This document shows positions 8,822 to 17,496 of a stretch of DNA of 36,893 nucleotides, one piece after another. The notes beneath the pieces are model-generated. The model did no database searches. It was given only the letters and a program-made list of their open reading frames with translations, and was not told the DNA's origin. Source of the DNA: Patescibacteria group bacterium. Lineage in GTDB: Bacteria; Patescibacteriota; Minisyncoccia; UBA6257; HR35. The DNA lies in assembly GCA_038065795.1 (NCBI GenBank), contig JBBTQG010000056.1:1-36893 (forward strand). Direction: 5' to 3'. The number at the start of each line of letters is the position of its first letter. Within the stretch, counting starts at the first letter, position 1. A program made the position numbers and the translations under genes.

Positions 8822-10098
8822 TGCAAAAATTTATAAATACAATAGTTAGTTTGTTTAAAGCTCCTGAATTAAGAAAAAGGGTTTTGATAATTTTAGGTTT
8901 GCTTATGATGTTTAGATTGACTGCAAATGTTCCGTTACCAGATGTAGATTTAGCAAGAATTAAGGAATTACTTTCTTCAAATCAATTTCTGGGAATTTTG
9001 AATGTTTTTTCTGGAAATACTCTTTCAAATATGTCAATTGCGATGTTGGGTGTTGGACCTTATATTACAGCAATAATTATTATGCAATTATTGACACTTA
9101 TATACCCTAAATTTAAGCAGATGTACTATGAAGAAGGCGAAGCTGGAAAAGCAAAATTTAATCAATACGCGAGACTTGCGACAATTCCTCTTGCATTTTT
9201 ACAGGGTTTTGGATTTTTAAAGTTTTTACAATCGCAAAATATTTTACTTTTTTCGTCATCTTACGCGATGTTTAGGGATATTATGATTATTACAGCTGGC
9301 ACGATGTTTTTGATGTGGATTGGAGAACTAATAACAGAGCAAAAACTTGCAAATGGAGTTTCATTAATTATTTTTTCAGGTATTGTTGCGCGGGGTCCTG
9401 AATTATTGAGACAAATTATAATCACATTTACTCCTGCCCAAATTAATAATTACATAATTATGGTTGTGATGGCGCTTTTGGTAATTGGTGGAATCGCGTT
9501 TATTACTGAAGCCGAGCGAAGAGTTCCTTTGAATTTTGCAAAACGCGTAAGAGGAACAAAAATTTATGGAGGCTCTTCATCGTATCTTCCAATCAGAGTT
9601 AACCAAGCTGGCGTTATCCCAATTATTTTCGCTTTGTCAATTTTGCTTTTCCCTGTAACTTTTGGACAGATTTTATCATCAACAGGATTATCTGTGTTTA
9701 AAACAATGACAGAAGTAATAAATCAATTATTTCAGAATCAACTTATTTTTTCATCATTTTATTTTATATTAGTTTTTATATTCACATATTTTTACACATC
9801 TATTACTTTTGAACCAAATGAATTAGCAACTAATTTTCAGAAATCAGGCGCATTTATTCCGGGAATAAGACCGGGAAAAGAAACTGCTAAATTTTTACAT
9901 AAACTTGTAACAAGAATTACTCTATTCGGCGCGTTGTTTCTGGGAATTGTTGCAGTTTTGCCAAACATTACACAGGCTTTGACCGGATTGCCATTTGTTG
10001 GAATTGGAGGAACTTCTATTTTGATTTTAGTTTCTGTGGCAATAGAAACTCTAAGACAAATTGACGCAGAGATAAGTGTAAGAAGATACGATGTATAG
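8821..10098 (+). CDS. secY: Preprotein translocase subunit SecY
   Basis: 425 aa and multi-pass hydrophobic, with GVGPYITA and NQAGVIPIIFA motifs; canonical position after rplO. Confidence 0.9.
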   Translation: MQKFINTIVSLFKAPELRKRVLIILGLLMMFRLTANVPLPDVDLARIKELLSSNQFLGILNVFSGNTLSNMSIAMLGVGPYITAIIIMQLLTLIYPKFKQMYYEEGEAGKAKFNQYARLATIPLAFLQGFGFLKFLQSQNILLFSSSYAMFRDIMIITAGTMFLMWIGELITEQKLANGVSLIIFSGIVARGPELLRQIIITFTPAQINNYIIMVVMALLVIGGIAFITEAERRVPLNFAKRVRGTKIYGGSSSYLPIRVNQAGVIPIIFALSILLFPVTFGQILSSTGLSVFKTMTEVINQLFQNQLIFSSFYFILVFIFTYFYTSITFEPNELATNFQKSGAFIPGIRPGKETAKFLHKLVTRITLFGALFLGIVAVLPNITQALTGLPFVGIGGTSILILVSVAIETLRQIDAEISVRRYDV

Positions 10099-10101
10099 TT
10101 A

Positions 10102-10291
10102 ATCGAGCAATATTTTGCTTGTTGCCGCCTCATCCTCCCCCAGCGTGGCGGATGGGCTAAGCCTCGGGCTCGCTCGTCGCGCACCTTTTTTCAAAAAGTG
10201 CGCGACACCATGCCCGCCCCGCCTGCAATGCTTTGCATAGCAATGCGGGCAGGTCGCCCTGCGGAATGCCCCTCGCAAAACATTGCTCGAT
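10102..10291. repeat. GC-rich palindromic intergenic element (family A)
   Basis: A 17-bp terminal inverted repeat, ATCGAGCAATATTTTGC (10102-10118) versus GCAAAACATTGCTCGAT (10275-10291), with 1 mismatch. There is an internal 9-bp stem GTCGCGCAC/GTGCGCGAC. G+C is far above the flanks. It shares collinear 8-, 8- and 12-mers with 25838-26024 in the opposite orientation. Confidence 0.7.
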
Positions 10292-10323
10292 AAGACTGGT
10301 AGTTTTTATGTTAAAATGTTGAA

Positions 10324-10929
10324 ATGGACATATTTTTGATTACAGGAAAGCCGGCTTGTGGAAAAGACACGCAAGCTGATTTTATTGCCAAAAAATTTAA
10401 AGCTAAAAAAATTATTACAAGCAAACTTGTTGGAAATTTTTTATCTAATACAGCATTAAACAAGATAAAAATTGGAAATTCTGTTATAGATTTAGAAAAA
10501 CAAAGAAAAATTCCCGAACAAGGAAAATTATGGAATCCAAAACTCGTTTCGTTTGTTTTGTCAAAAGAATTACTTAAAGCTATAAAATTAAAAAAATCAA
10601 TTGTTATTTCTGGATCTCCAAGAACATTAGCAGAAGCAAAAGATTATTTTGATATTTTAAACAAAAATTTAAACAAAGAAGATTATCATTTTATAAATTT
10701 AAAGATTTCTGACAAAACATCTATAAAGCGTGCCCTTCTGCGAAAAAGAAATATTGATGACTCGGCGAAAGTAGTAAAAGAACGATTAAATGTTTTTAAA
10801 AAACAAATTTTACCAACGATTTTTTTCCTTAAAAAACAAGGAGTTCTCATGGAGATAAACGGCGAAAAAACAAGAAAAGAAATTTTTGCCGAAATTTGTA
10901 AAAAAGTTGAAAAAAAATTTAAGTGTTAA
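10324..10929 (+). CDS. adk: Adenylate kinase-like nucleoside monophosphate kinase (short form)
   Basis: P-loop GKPACGKDT, ISGSPRT (the DGFPRT equivalent), R..DD...RL, and the canonical position after secY. Confidence 0.7.
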   Translation: MDIFLITGKPACGKDTQADFIAKKFKAKKIITSKLVGNFLSNTALNKIKIGNSVIDLEKQRKIPEQGKLWNPKLVSFVLSKELLKAIKLKKSIVISGSPRTLAEAKDYFDILNKNLNKEDYHFINLKISDKTSIKRALLRKRNIDDSAKVVKERLNVFKKQILPTIFFLKKQGVLMEINGEKTRKEIFAEICKKVEKKFKC

Positions 10930-10939
10930 AATATGTATT

Positions 10940-11455
10940 ATGAATGATTTAATAGATGCCGAAAATGCCGAAAACGATTTAACGCTTTCAGCTTTTAAGA
11001 CCGCATCCGGCATAAAATTAGAAACAAATACACTAATCAAAGAAATCAACGATTTTATAAAAGTTGACCCAAACTTTGGATACAGGATTTTAGTTGGAAC
11101 TGATTCAGAAACTAATAACGGCTATATTGATTTCGTAACAGCGATTGTTGTGCATAGAGTTGGACAAGGAGCAAGATATTTTTGGAAAAGAAAAATTTCA
11201 AATAAAAGATTAGAGTTACATCAAAGATTATGGGAAGAAGCTCTTTTTAGTTTAGACATAAGTCAAAAATTACTCGGACTCTTGGTTGATATACGCAAAG
11301 ATTTTAGATTTGAACTTCATTTGGATTTGGGGACAAAAGGAAAAAGCAATAGTGTTGTAAAAGAAATTACAAATTTAATCAGAAGTTATGGAATGGATGT
11401 TAAAATTAAGCCAGAATCTTACGCCGCATCAAAAATCGCTGACAGACTCATATAA
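10940..11455 (+). CDS. YkuK/DUF458-like RNase H-fold protein
   Basis: ILVGTDSE, FVTAIVVHRVGQGARYF, HLDLGTKGKS and KIKPESYAASKIADR match the YkuK family pattern from memory. The start is taken at the internal ATG at 10940 because the upstream part overlaps adk. Confidence 0.6.
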   Translation: MNDLIDAENAENDLTLSAFKTASGIKLETNTLIKEINDFIKVDPNFGYRILVGTDSETNNGYIDFVTAIVVHRVGQGARYFWKRKISNKRLELHQRLWEEALFSLDISQKLLGLLVDIRKDFRFELHLDLGTKGKSNSVVKEITNLIRSYGMDVKIKPESYAASKIADRLI

Positions 11456-11485
11456 AATTTAGCGAAGCAAACAAATTCTCCTCGA

Positions 11486-11659
11486 TCACCCCAGTCGACT
11501 CGCTCCAGCGGCTCGTCGCTGCTCATCTCTCATCCTGCCGACCGAGTTGTTAATTTGAAAAAATGCCGAAAACAATTTATTGTTTTCGGCGCTGAAAATT
11601 ATAAATTTTCAGCATTTTACAGCTCGGACCAATCTCGGCAGGACTACGAGGCGTGCTCC
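11486..11659. repeat. GC-rich structured element (family 1) carrying a nested twin-hairpin element
   Basis: The core halves 11486-11546 and 11623-11659 align with 29343-29450. They are interrupted at the apical loop by about 76 nt that contains the twin hairpin 11565-11613. Confidence 0.75.
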
Positions 11660-11718
11660 TGATTCACTTGAATACGGGGCTTTTTTTATTTATAAATTTT
11701 TGATATAATATATTTATT

Positions 11719-11886
11719 ATGGTTAATACAATAGCATCTCATAAAATAAAGTCCGTAGGAATTAATACCGTATTACAAACAAGACAAAAAGCCTACAGAA
11801 ACATATTAAAATTGAGGAAAAAATTAAAAAATAAAGTTAAAATGTCTGAAATCTTAAAATGGATTCATGAGTCAAGAAAATATTAA
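11719..11886 (+). CDS. Small basic ORF, candidate antitoxin of the downstream PIN toxin
   Basis: 55 codons, overlapping the PIN gene start by 20 nt. TGATATAAT (11701-11709) lies about 10 nt upstream of the ATG. No recognisable antitoxin fold motif. Confidence 0.3.
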   Translation: MVNTIASHKIKSVGINTVLQTRQKAYRNILKLRKKLKNKVKMSEILKWIHESRKY

Positions 11887-12286
11887 TTTATTATCAAAAT
11901 CTAATAATTTTACGGTTGACGCGTCTTTTATAGCCTCTTTCTTTTTACCAGATGAAAAAGTTTTGCAATTTTCTGATGAAATTTTCAAACAATTTAATGA
12001 AAATAAAATTATATTTTATTCATCATCAGTACTTATATATGAAGTCGGAAATGTATTTACATCAAGCCTAAAAAGAAAAAGATTGGATATAAATGTAGCA
12101 AAACAATTTTATAAAGAATTTCTAAATTTAAAAATAATATTTATAGAAATTGAACCTAAATTAATTTTAGAAATATCAAATAATTTAGACCTGACTTTTT
12201 ACGACGCTTCATATGTATATATATCACAAATTACAGGTACGCCACTTTTAAGCTACGATAAAAAATTATTGAGTAAAATTAAGTAA
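11867..12286 (+). CDS. PIN-domain (VapC-like) ribonuclease toxin
   Basis: The four acidic PIN positions are present in the right contexts: FTVDAS, IYEVGN, FYDASYVY and LLSYDKKL. Confidence 0.65.
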   Translation: MSQENINLLSKSNNFTVDASFIASFFLPDEKVLQFSDEIFKQFNENKIIFYSSSVLIYEVGNVFTSSLKRKRLDINVAKQFYKEFLNLKIIFIEIEPKLILEISNNLDLTFYDASYVYISQITGTPLLSYDKKLLSKIK

Positions 12287-13423
12287 ATGGATAAATTTGA
12301 TTTAATTACGCAAAATTTGGAAGAGGTTTTGACGCCAGAAGAATTAAAAATATTGATTGATAATAAAGAAAAATTAGTTCATTATATTGGTTTTGAAATT
12401 TCTGGATTAGTGCATTTAGGAAGCGGGTTATTGAGTTGTATGAAAATAAAAGATTTTCAAGAAGCAGGCGTTCAGACGAAAATATTTTTAGCTGATTGGC
12501 ATGCTTGGATAAATGAAAAATTAGATGGTAAACTTGAAACTATCAAAAAAATTGGAGTTGGCTATTTTAAGGAAGCATTTATTGCGACATTAGAAGCAAT
12601 TGGCGCAAATCCAAAAAAAACAGAATTTATTTTGGGTTCTGATTTATATCATAACGCAGATAAGTATTGGCTCACAGTTGTTGAAGTTGCAAAAAATACA
12701 ACTCTTGCAAGAACGCAAAGAAGTATAGATATTTTAGGAAAAAAATTAGGAGAAGGAACTGATTTTGCAAAATTAATGTACCCAATAATGCAAGCAAGCG
12801 ATATTTTTTTTATGGATGTAAATTTAGCGCACGCGGGAATGGACCAACGAAAAGCGCATGTTATCGCAAAAAATGTTGCTAATAATTTATCATTTAAGCC
12901 ATTGCTAAATAAAAATAAGCAAAAAATCAAACCTGTTGCGTTACACCAGCATTTGCTTTTAGGACTTGGCAAACCACCTAGAGACCCGAAAGAGCTTTCA
13001 AAAGAAGAACTTCAAGATTTACGCGCTGAAATGAAAATGTCAAAATCAAAACCAGACACTTGTATTTTTGTTCATGATTCTCCTTCTGAAATTGAAAGAA
13101 AAATTATGAAAGCATATTGTCCGCCCCCTCTACTTTCATCGGGGCAAGCTACTGACATAGAATACAATCCAGTAGTTGATTGGACAATAAATTTAATTTT
13201 ACCGCTTAAAAATAATATCAATATAAAAACTCAAAGTGGAGCAAAAAATTATAAAAATAAAGAATCTTTAATCAATGATTATCAAAATGAAATAATTCAT
13301 CCAATGGATTTGAAAGAAGCTGTTATTAAAGAACTTCAACAAATTCTAAATCCAATTTATAAACATTTTCAATCAGGCAGACCTCAAAAATTATTGGGAG
13401 AACTAATGCATATTAAGGCATAA
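12287..13423 (+). CDS. tyrS: Tyrosyl-tRNA synthetase, archaeal/eukaryal type
   Basis: Collinear by recall with M. jannaschii TyrRS: YIGFEISGLVHLG (HIGH), LADWHAW, YPIMQASD, KMSKS, KAYCP and HPMDLK. Confidence 0.8.
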   Translation: MDKFDLITQNLEEVLTPEELKILIDNKEKLVHYIGFEISGLVHLGSGLLSCMKIKDFQEAGVQTKIFLADWHAWINEKLDGKLETIKKIGVGYFKEAFIATLEAIGANPKKTEFILGSDLYHNADKYWLTVVEVAKNTTLARTQRSIDILGKKLGEGTDFAKLMYPIMQASDIFFMDVNLAHAGMDQRKAHVIAKNVANNLSFKPLLNKNKQKIKPVALHQHLLLGLGKPPRDPKELSKEELQDLRAEMKMSKSKPDTCIFVHDSPSEIERKIMKAYCPPPLLSSGQATDIEYNPVVDWTINLILPLKNNINIKTQSGAKNYKNKESLINDYQNEIIHPMDLKEAVIKELQQILNPIYKHFQSGRPQKLLGELMHIKA

Positions 13424-13508
13424 ATAAAATACTCTATAATTACAGAATTACAGCTTTTACTTTAAGCATTTTTATGTTATACTTTTGATATATTGATTTA
13501 ATTAAAAA

Positions 13509-15176
13509 ATGACTAAAATTTTATTTCAACGCCTTATAAAATGGGTAAAAAATAATAAAAAAATCGCAGGGATTACAGGATTTTTTATAATTATTGTTAT
13601 TGTATTTTTTGTTAATAAGATAAAAAATAATACTCAATTTGAATTAGTCGAAGTAAGTCGCGGCAATATAAATCAAGAAATATCAGCTACTGGAAAAGTG
13701 AACCCAGCAACAAGAATAGATTTGCAATTTAAAAATAGCGGTAAATTAGTTTTATTAAACGCAAAAATTAATAATAAAGTTCGCGCGGGACAATCGTTGG
13801 CTCAACAAGATACAAGTATGTTATACGCGCAGTCATCTGAAATCAAAGCTCAAATTGATGAGGCTAAGGCGCAATTGAATTCATATAAAGCGGCATTAGA
13901 AGCTCAATCGGCAAAATTAGAAGAATTAAATAAAGGCACAAGACCAGAAGAAATCAAAATTCAAGAAATCAAAGTTGAAAATGCTCAGATATTATATGAG
14001 GATACAAAAACAGCCGTTGTTGACGCCTTGTTGGAAGCTTACACGCAATCCGATGATGCTATAAGAAATAAAATTGACCAATTTTTTAAAGATGCTCAAA
14101 CACAAAATCCAAAATTAACTTTTGATTTGACAGATTTACAGCTTCAGCGAGATGTTGAATTTGGAAGACTTGTTGTGGGGTATGATTTAAGTTTATGGAA
14201 AAATTCCGCTGATAAATTATCTATATCAAGCGAGTTATTACAAGAAGTATATTCAACAAAAACACATCTGGGAAAAATAAAACAATTTTTAAACAATATT
14301 GCGCTCGTAATAAATAATCCAAGCAACGCGCCATCAAGCATCTCTCAATCAACAATAGACGGGTGGAAAAATAGTGTTTCAACTGCAAGAACAAACATAG
14401 ACGCAATAATAAATAAAATATCTTCTGCTGAGGAAAGAATGAAAACATCAGAATCATCTTTAATATTGGCTGAAAACGAATTAATTCTTAAAGAATCGGG
14501 AACAATTCAAGAGCAAATCAACGCTCAAAAAGCACAAGTAAAACAAGCAGAAGCAAATATTTTACTTCAAGAAGCTAAAATAAAAGAAACAGAGGCTTCT
14601 TTAAATAAAAATAACGCGCAAATTAGAGAAATGATTTTAACCTCGCCCGCTAATGGTGTAATTTCAAATGTTGATGGAAATATTGGCGAAATTATCAATT
14701 CAAATAAAATTATTATTTCTATAATTCCAGACGGGAATTTACAAATTGATGTAGATATTTCAGAAGCTGATATTGTGGATATAGAAGTCGGTCAAGTTGT
14801 AAAAATAACTCTTGACGCATTTGGAGGTGATGTAATTTTGAAAGGAAAAGTTGCTCAAATTGAACCAGCAGAAACAACCGTTGGCAATGCGACATACTAC
14901 AAAACCAAAGTTTTATTTGACAATCAAGATAAAAAAATAAAATCTGGAATGACTGCTAATATCTGGATAAAAACAGCGAATAAAGAAAATGTTTTAATTA
15001 TTCCAGCAAATTCAATTAAAGAAAAAACTGACAAAAAATATGTTGAAGTTTTAGAAAATGGAGAAGTAAAACGCAAAGACATAAAAACTGGACTAAAAGG
15101 AGTTGGCGGAATCGTTGAAGTTATTTCAGGATTAAAAGAAGGAGATAAAATAATTGTTTCTACAGAAAAGAAATAA
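13509..15176 (+). CDS. HlyD/MacA-family periplasmic adaptor (membrane fusion protein)
   Basis: N-terminal TM helix, long coiled-coil repeats, and a beta-barrel C-terminus (GMTANIWI); it precedes the ABC permease. Confidence 0.75.
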   Translation: MTKILFQRLIKWVKNNKKIAGITGFFIIIVIVFFVNKIKNNTQFELVEVSRGNINQEISATGKVNPATRIDLQFKNSGKLVLLNAKINNKVRAGQSLAQQDTSMLYAQSSEIKAQIDEAKAQLNSYKAALEAQSAKLEELNKGTRPEEIKIQEIKVENAQILYEDTKTAVVDALLEAYTQSDDAIRNKIDQFFKDAQTQNPKLTFDLTDLQLQRDVEFGRLVVGYDLSLWKNSADKLSISSELLQEVYSTKTHLGKIKQFLNNIALVINNPSNAPSSISQSTIDGWKNSVSTARTNIDAIINKISSAEERMKTSESSLILAENELILKESGTIQEQINAQKAQVKQAEANILLQEAKIKETEASLNKNNAQIREMILTSPANGVISNVDGNIGEIINSNKIIISIIPDGNLQIDVDISEADIVDIEVGQVVKITLDAFGGDVILKGKVAQIEPAETTVGNATYYKTKVLFDNQDKKIKSGMTANIWIKTANKENVLIIPANSIKEKTDKKYVEVLENGEVKRKDIKTGLKGVGGIVEVISGLKEGDKIIVSTEKK

Positions 15177-15178
15177 AA

Positions 15179-16414
15179 ATGTTTAAAGATTGTAAAATCG
15201 CGTTTTTTTTGGCTTATAAATCTATCGCAAGAGGGAATAAGGCTGTAATTTTTCTTGTTGTTTTTATTATGTCTCTCGCTTTTATTAATTTAATTTTTGT
15301 TTCCGGAATTTTAAACGGATTTATTGTAACAATCGCAAAACAAGTAAAAACATATTACACAGCAAATATTGTTGTTAATCCGCAGGAAGAACCAATAAAA
15401 AAAGATTATATTATTCATGTAAATGAATTGCAGGAACAAATTGAAAGTATGCCCGGAGTTGTCGCGACAGCTCGGCATTATAAATTAGCTGGAACTCTTT
15501 CGTTTGATAAAAATAAAAATGGGAAATTAAAATTTATATCAGCTGAGATTTTAGGGATTGACCCAGACAAAGAAAAATTAATAAATAACGCCTATCAAAA
15601 AGTTGTAGATGGATATTATTTAGATGAACTTGACAGAGACGAGATATTGATTGGCGCAGAAATAGCAGGCGGTGAATACGGCGGACTTGATTTTTTAAGT
15701 TTAGGCGGAGTTAAGGCTGGAGACAAAATAAATATTACATTCGGAAATGGTATCTATAAAACATACAGAGTAAAAGGAATTTTACAAACCAATCTTGATT
15801 TTGTTGATATGGGAGCTTATATAAGCTCAAAAGAGGCGGAATCAGTTTTATCTGTTTATAATAATGCCTCACAAATTTTGGTTAAACTCAAAGACGGAGT
15901 TAGCGAGGAAACTGAAAATGATTATCAAAATGAAATTAAAAAACTCGCTCCTAATTTAGAAATAAGAAAGTGGACAGATTATATGGGTTCTCTTAAAGAT
16001 ATTTCAAAAAGTTTTAATTCAATCGCTTTAATGGTTGGAATTATTGGTCTTACTGTTGCCGCAATAACTATTTTTATTATGATTTATATAAATGTTGTTA
16101 ATAAGCGTCGTCAGATTGGAATTTTAAAAGCGATAGGAATTAAACAAAATATAATAATTCTTTCTTATATATTTCAAGCTATGTTTTATTCGGTACTTGG
16201 TGTAATTATTGGGTTGTTCTTAATTTTTTCATTGATTGGTCCGTATTTTATAAGAAATCCAATTAAATTGCCCATGGGTGATGTTGGATTGGCGTTGGAA
16301 AATAACGCGGTAATATTAGGAATAGTTAGTTTAATTTTGGCGTCAGTAATAGCAGGATTAATTCCGTCGTGGAATGCGGCGAGGGAGAATATATTGAAAG
16401 CGATATGGGGGTAA
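15179..16414 (+). CDS. ABC transporter permease, FtsX/MacB-like
   Basis: N-terminal TM helix, a large extracytoplasmic domain, then a C-terminal three-TM FtsX module (RRQIGILKAIG). Confidence 0.75.
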   Translation: MFKDCKIAFFLAYKSIARGNKAVIFLVVFIMSLAFINLIFVSGILNGFIVTIAKQVKTYYTANIVVNPQEEPIKKDYIIHVNELQEQIESMPGVVATARHYKLAGTLSFDKNKNGKLKFISAEILGIDPDKEKLINNAYQKVVDGYYLDELDRDEILIGAEIAGGEYGGLDFLSLGGVKAGDKINITFGNGIYKTYRVKGILQTNLDFVDMGAYISSKEAESVLSVYNNASQILVKLKDGVSEETENDYQNEIKKLAPNLEIRKWTDYMGSLKDISKSFNSIALMVGIIGLTVAAITIFIMIYINVVNKRRQIGILKAIGIKQNIIILSYIFQAMFYSVLGVIIGLFLIFSLIGPYFIRNPIKLPMGDVGLALENNAVILGIVSLILASVIAGLIPSWNAARENILKAIWG

Positions 16415-16453
16415 AAAAAATTTATGAATGTGAAACCCCGTTAGAAACTCGTT

Positions 16454-16636
16454 ATGTGGTATGTTTATTTATTACAAAGCAAAAAGACAAACAAATGGTA
16501 CATTGGGTCAACGAAAGATTTGCGAAAAAGAATTTTATCACACAATGCTGAAAAAAATAAATCTACAAAACACGGTGTCCCATGGAAAATTATTTATTGT
16601 GAAATTAGTTTAAATAAGGAAGATGGTAAAGATTGA
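16454..16636 (+). pseudogene. Truncated GIY-YIG (YhbQ/URI-like) nuclease gene remnant
   Basis: WYVYLLQS..WYIGSTKDLRKRILSHN is present. The ORF ends after 60 aa, before the conserved RE..K segment, and overlaps the ATPase start. Confidence 0.55.
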
Positions 16637-17297
16637 AAATATAAAAAAAACTTATCCAGCAAAAGTTCCGATTGAAGCCCTGAAAGGTATTTCATTTGAT
16701 GTAAAAGACGGAGAATTTGTTGCGATTATGGGTAGAAGCGGTTCTGGAAAATCAACGCTTTTACACCAAATTGGCTTAATAGATGAACCAACTAACGGAA
16801 AAATTTTTATAGATAATGTTGACACTCTTAATTTAACGGAAAGTGAAAAAACCAGATTTCGTTTAGAATTTCTTGGATATATTTTTCAAGAATATGCTTT
16901 AATTTCAGAACTTAACGCGTTAGAAAATGTTTATTTATCAGCTCAAGCTTTGGGTGGAGACCATAATTCTTACAAAAAAAGAGCAGCTGAAGTTTTAAAA
17001 ATTGTTGAATTAGGACACAGATTAGACCATTATCCGTCAGAACTTTCAGGGGGAGAACAACAAAGAGTTGCGATTGCGAGAGCTTTAATCAATCAGCCAA
17101 AAGTTTTGATTGCCGATGAACCGTGCGCTAATTTAGACAGCCTTTCTTCAAAAATGATTTTAGAATTATTCCAAAAACTTAAAAATGAACTAAACCAAAC
17201 AATAATCATAGTGACCCACGAACCAGAGGATAGAGTATATGTTGACAGAGTCATTTGGTTGAAAGACGGATTGATTGAAAAAATTGAAAACAAATAA
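16623..17297 (+). CDS. ABC transporter ATP-binding protein (MacB/LolD-like)
   Basis: Walker A GRSGSGKST, signature LSGGEQQR, Walker B LIADEP, and H-loop VTHE. Confidence 0.9.
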   Translation: MVKIENIKKTYPAKVPIEALKGISFDVKDGEFVAIMGRSGSGKSTLLHQIGLIDEPTNGKIFIDNVDTLNLTESEKTRFRLEFLGYIFQEYALISELNALENVYLSAQALGGDHNSYKKRAAEVLKIVELGHRLDHYPSELSGGEQQRVAIARALINQPKVLIADEPCANLDSLSSKMILELFQKLKNELNQTIIIVTHEPEDRVYVDRVIWLKDGLIEKIENK

Positions 17298-17350
17298 AAA
17301 ATGCATTAGTACTTTTTATCTGTAATTTTGATTTTTTGATTTATCTATTG

Positions 17351-17423
17351 TGCCTCCACCGCGACTCGAACGCGGAACCACCAGCTTAAAAGGCTGTTGC
17401 TCTACCAATTGAGCTATGGAAGC
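17351..17423 (-). tRNA. tRNA-Lys (anticodon TTT)
   Basis: Manual cloverleaf: acceptor GCTTCCA/TGGAGGC, D arm GCTC-AATTGGTA-GAGC, anticodon loop CTTTTAA, T arm CCGCG-TTCGAGT-CGCGG. No CCA encoded. Confidence 0.85.
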
Positions 17424-17496
17424 GCTATTTTGATTAACATTCCAATTAATAATAATTATACCAAAATTAGAAACGAAAGTGGTATAATAATAAATA

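Noticed and set aside
8473-8826. 117-aa minus-strand ORF opposite rplO. Similar antisense ORFs lie within rplB, rpsS/rplV, rplE, rpsE, tyrS, the HlyD gene, pcrA, rpsB and fba.
   Set aside because: All are embedded antisense to confidently identified genes. They show the typical AT-rich antisense composition and have no recognisable domains.
9837-10184. 115-aa minus-strand ORF spanning the secY 3' end and the GC-rich element
   Set aside because: It stays open only because the GC-rich repeat lacks stop codons, and it overlaps secY. The region is better explained as a structured repeat.
16369-16551. 60-aa plus-strand ORF overlapping the permease 3' end
   Set aside because: It is an alternative frame over the permease end and the GIY-YIG remnant. 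The GIY-YIG frame (16454-16636) has recognisable motifs and this one does not.
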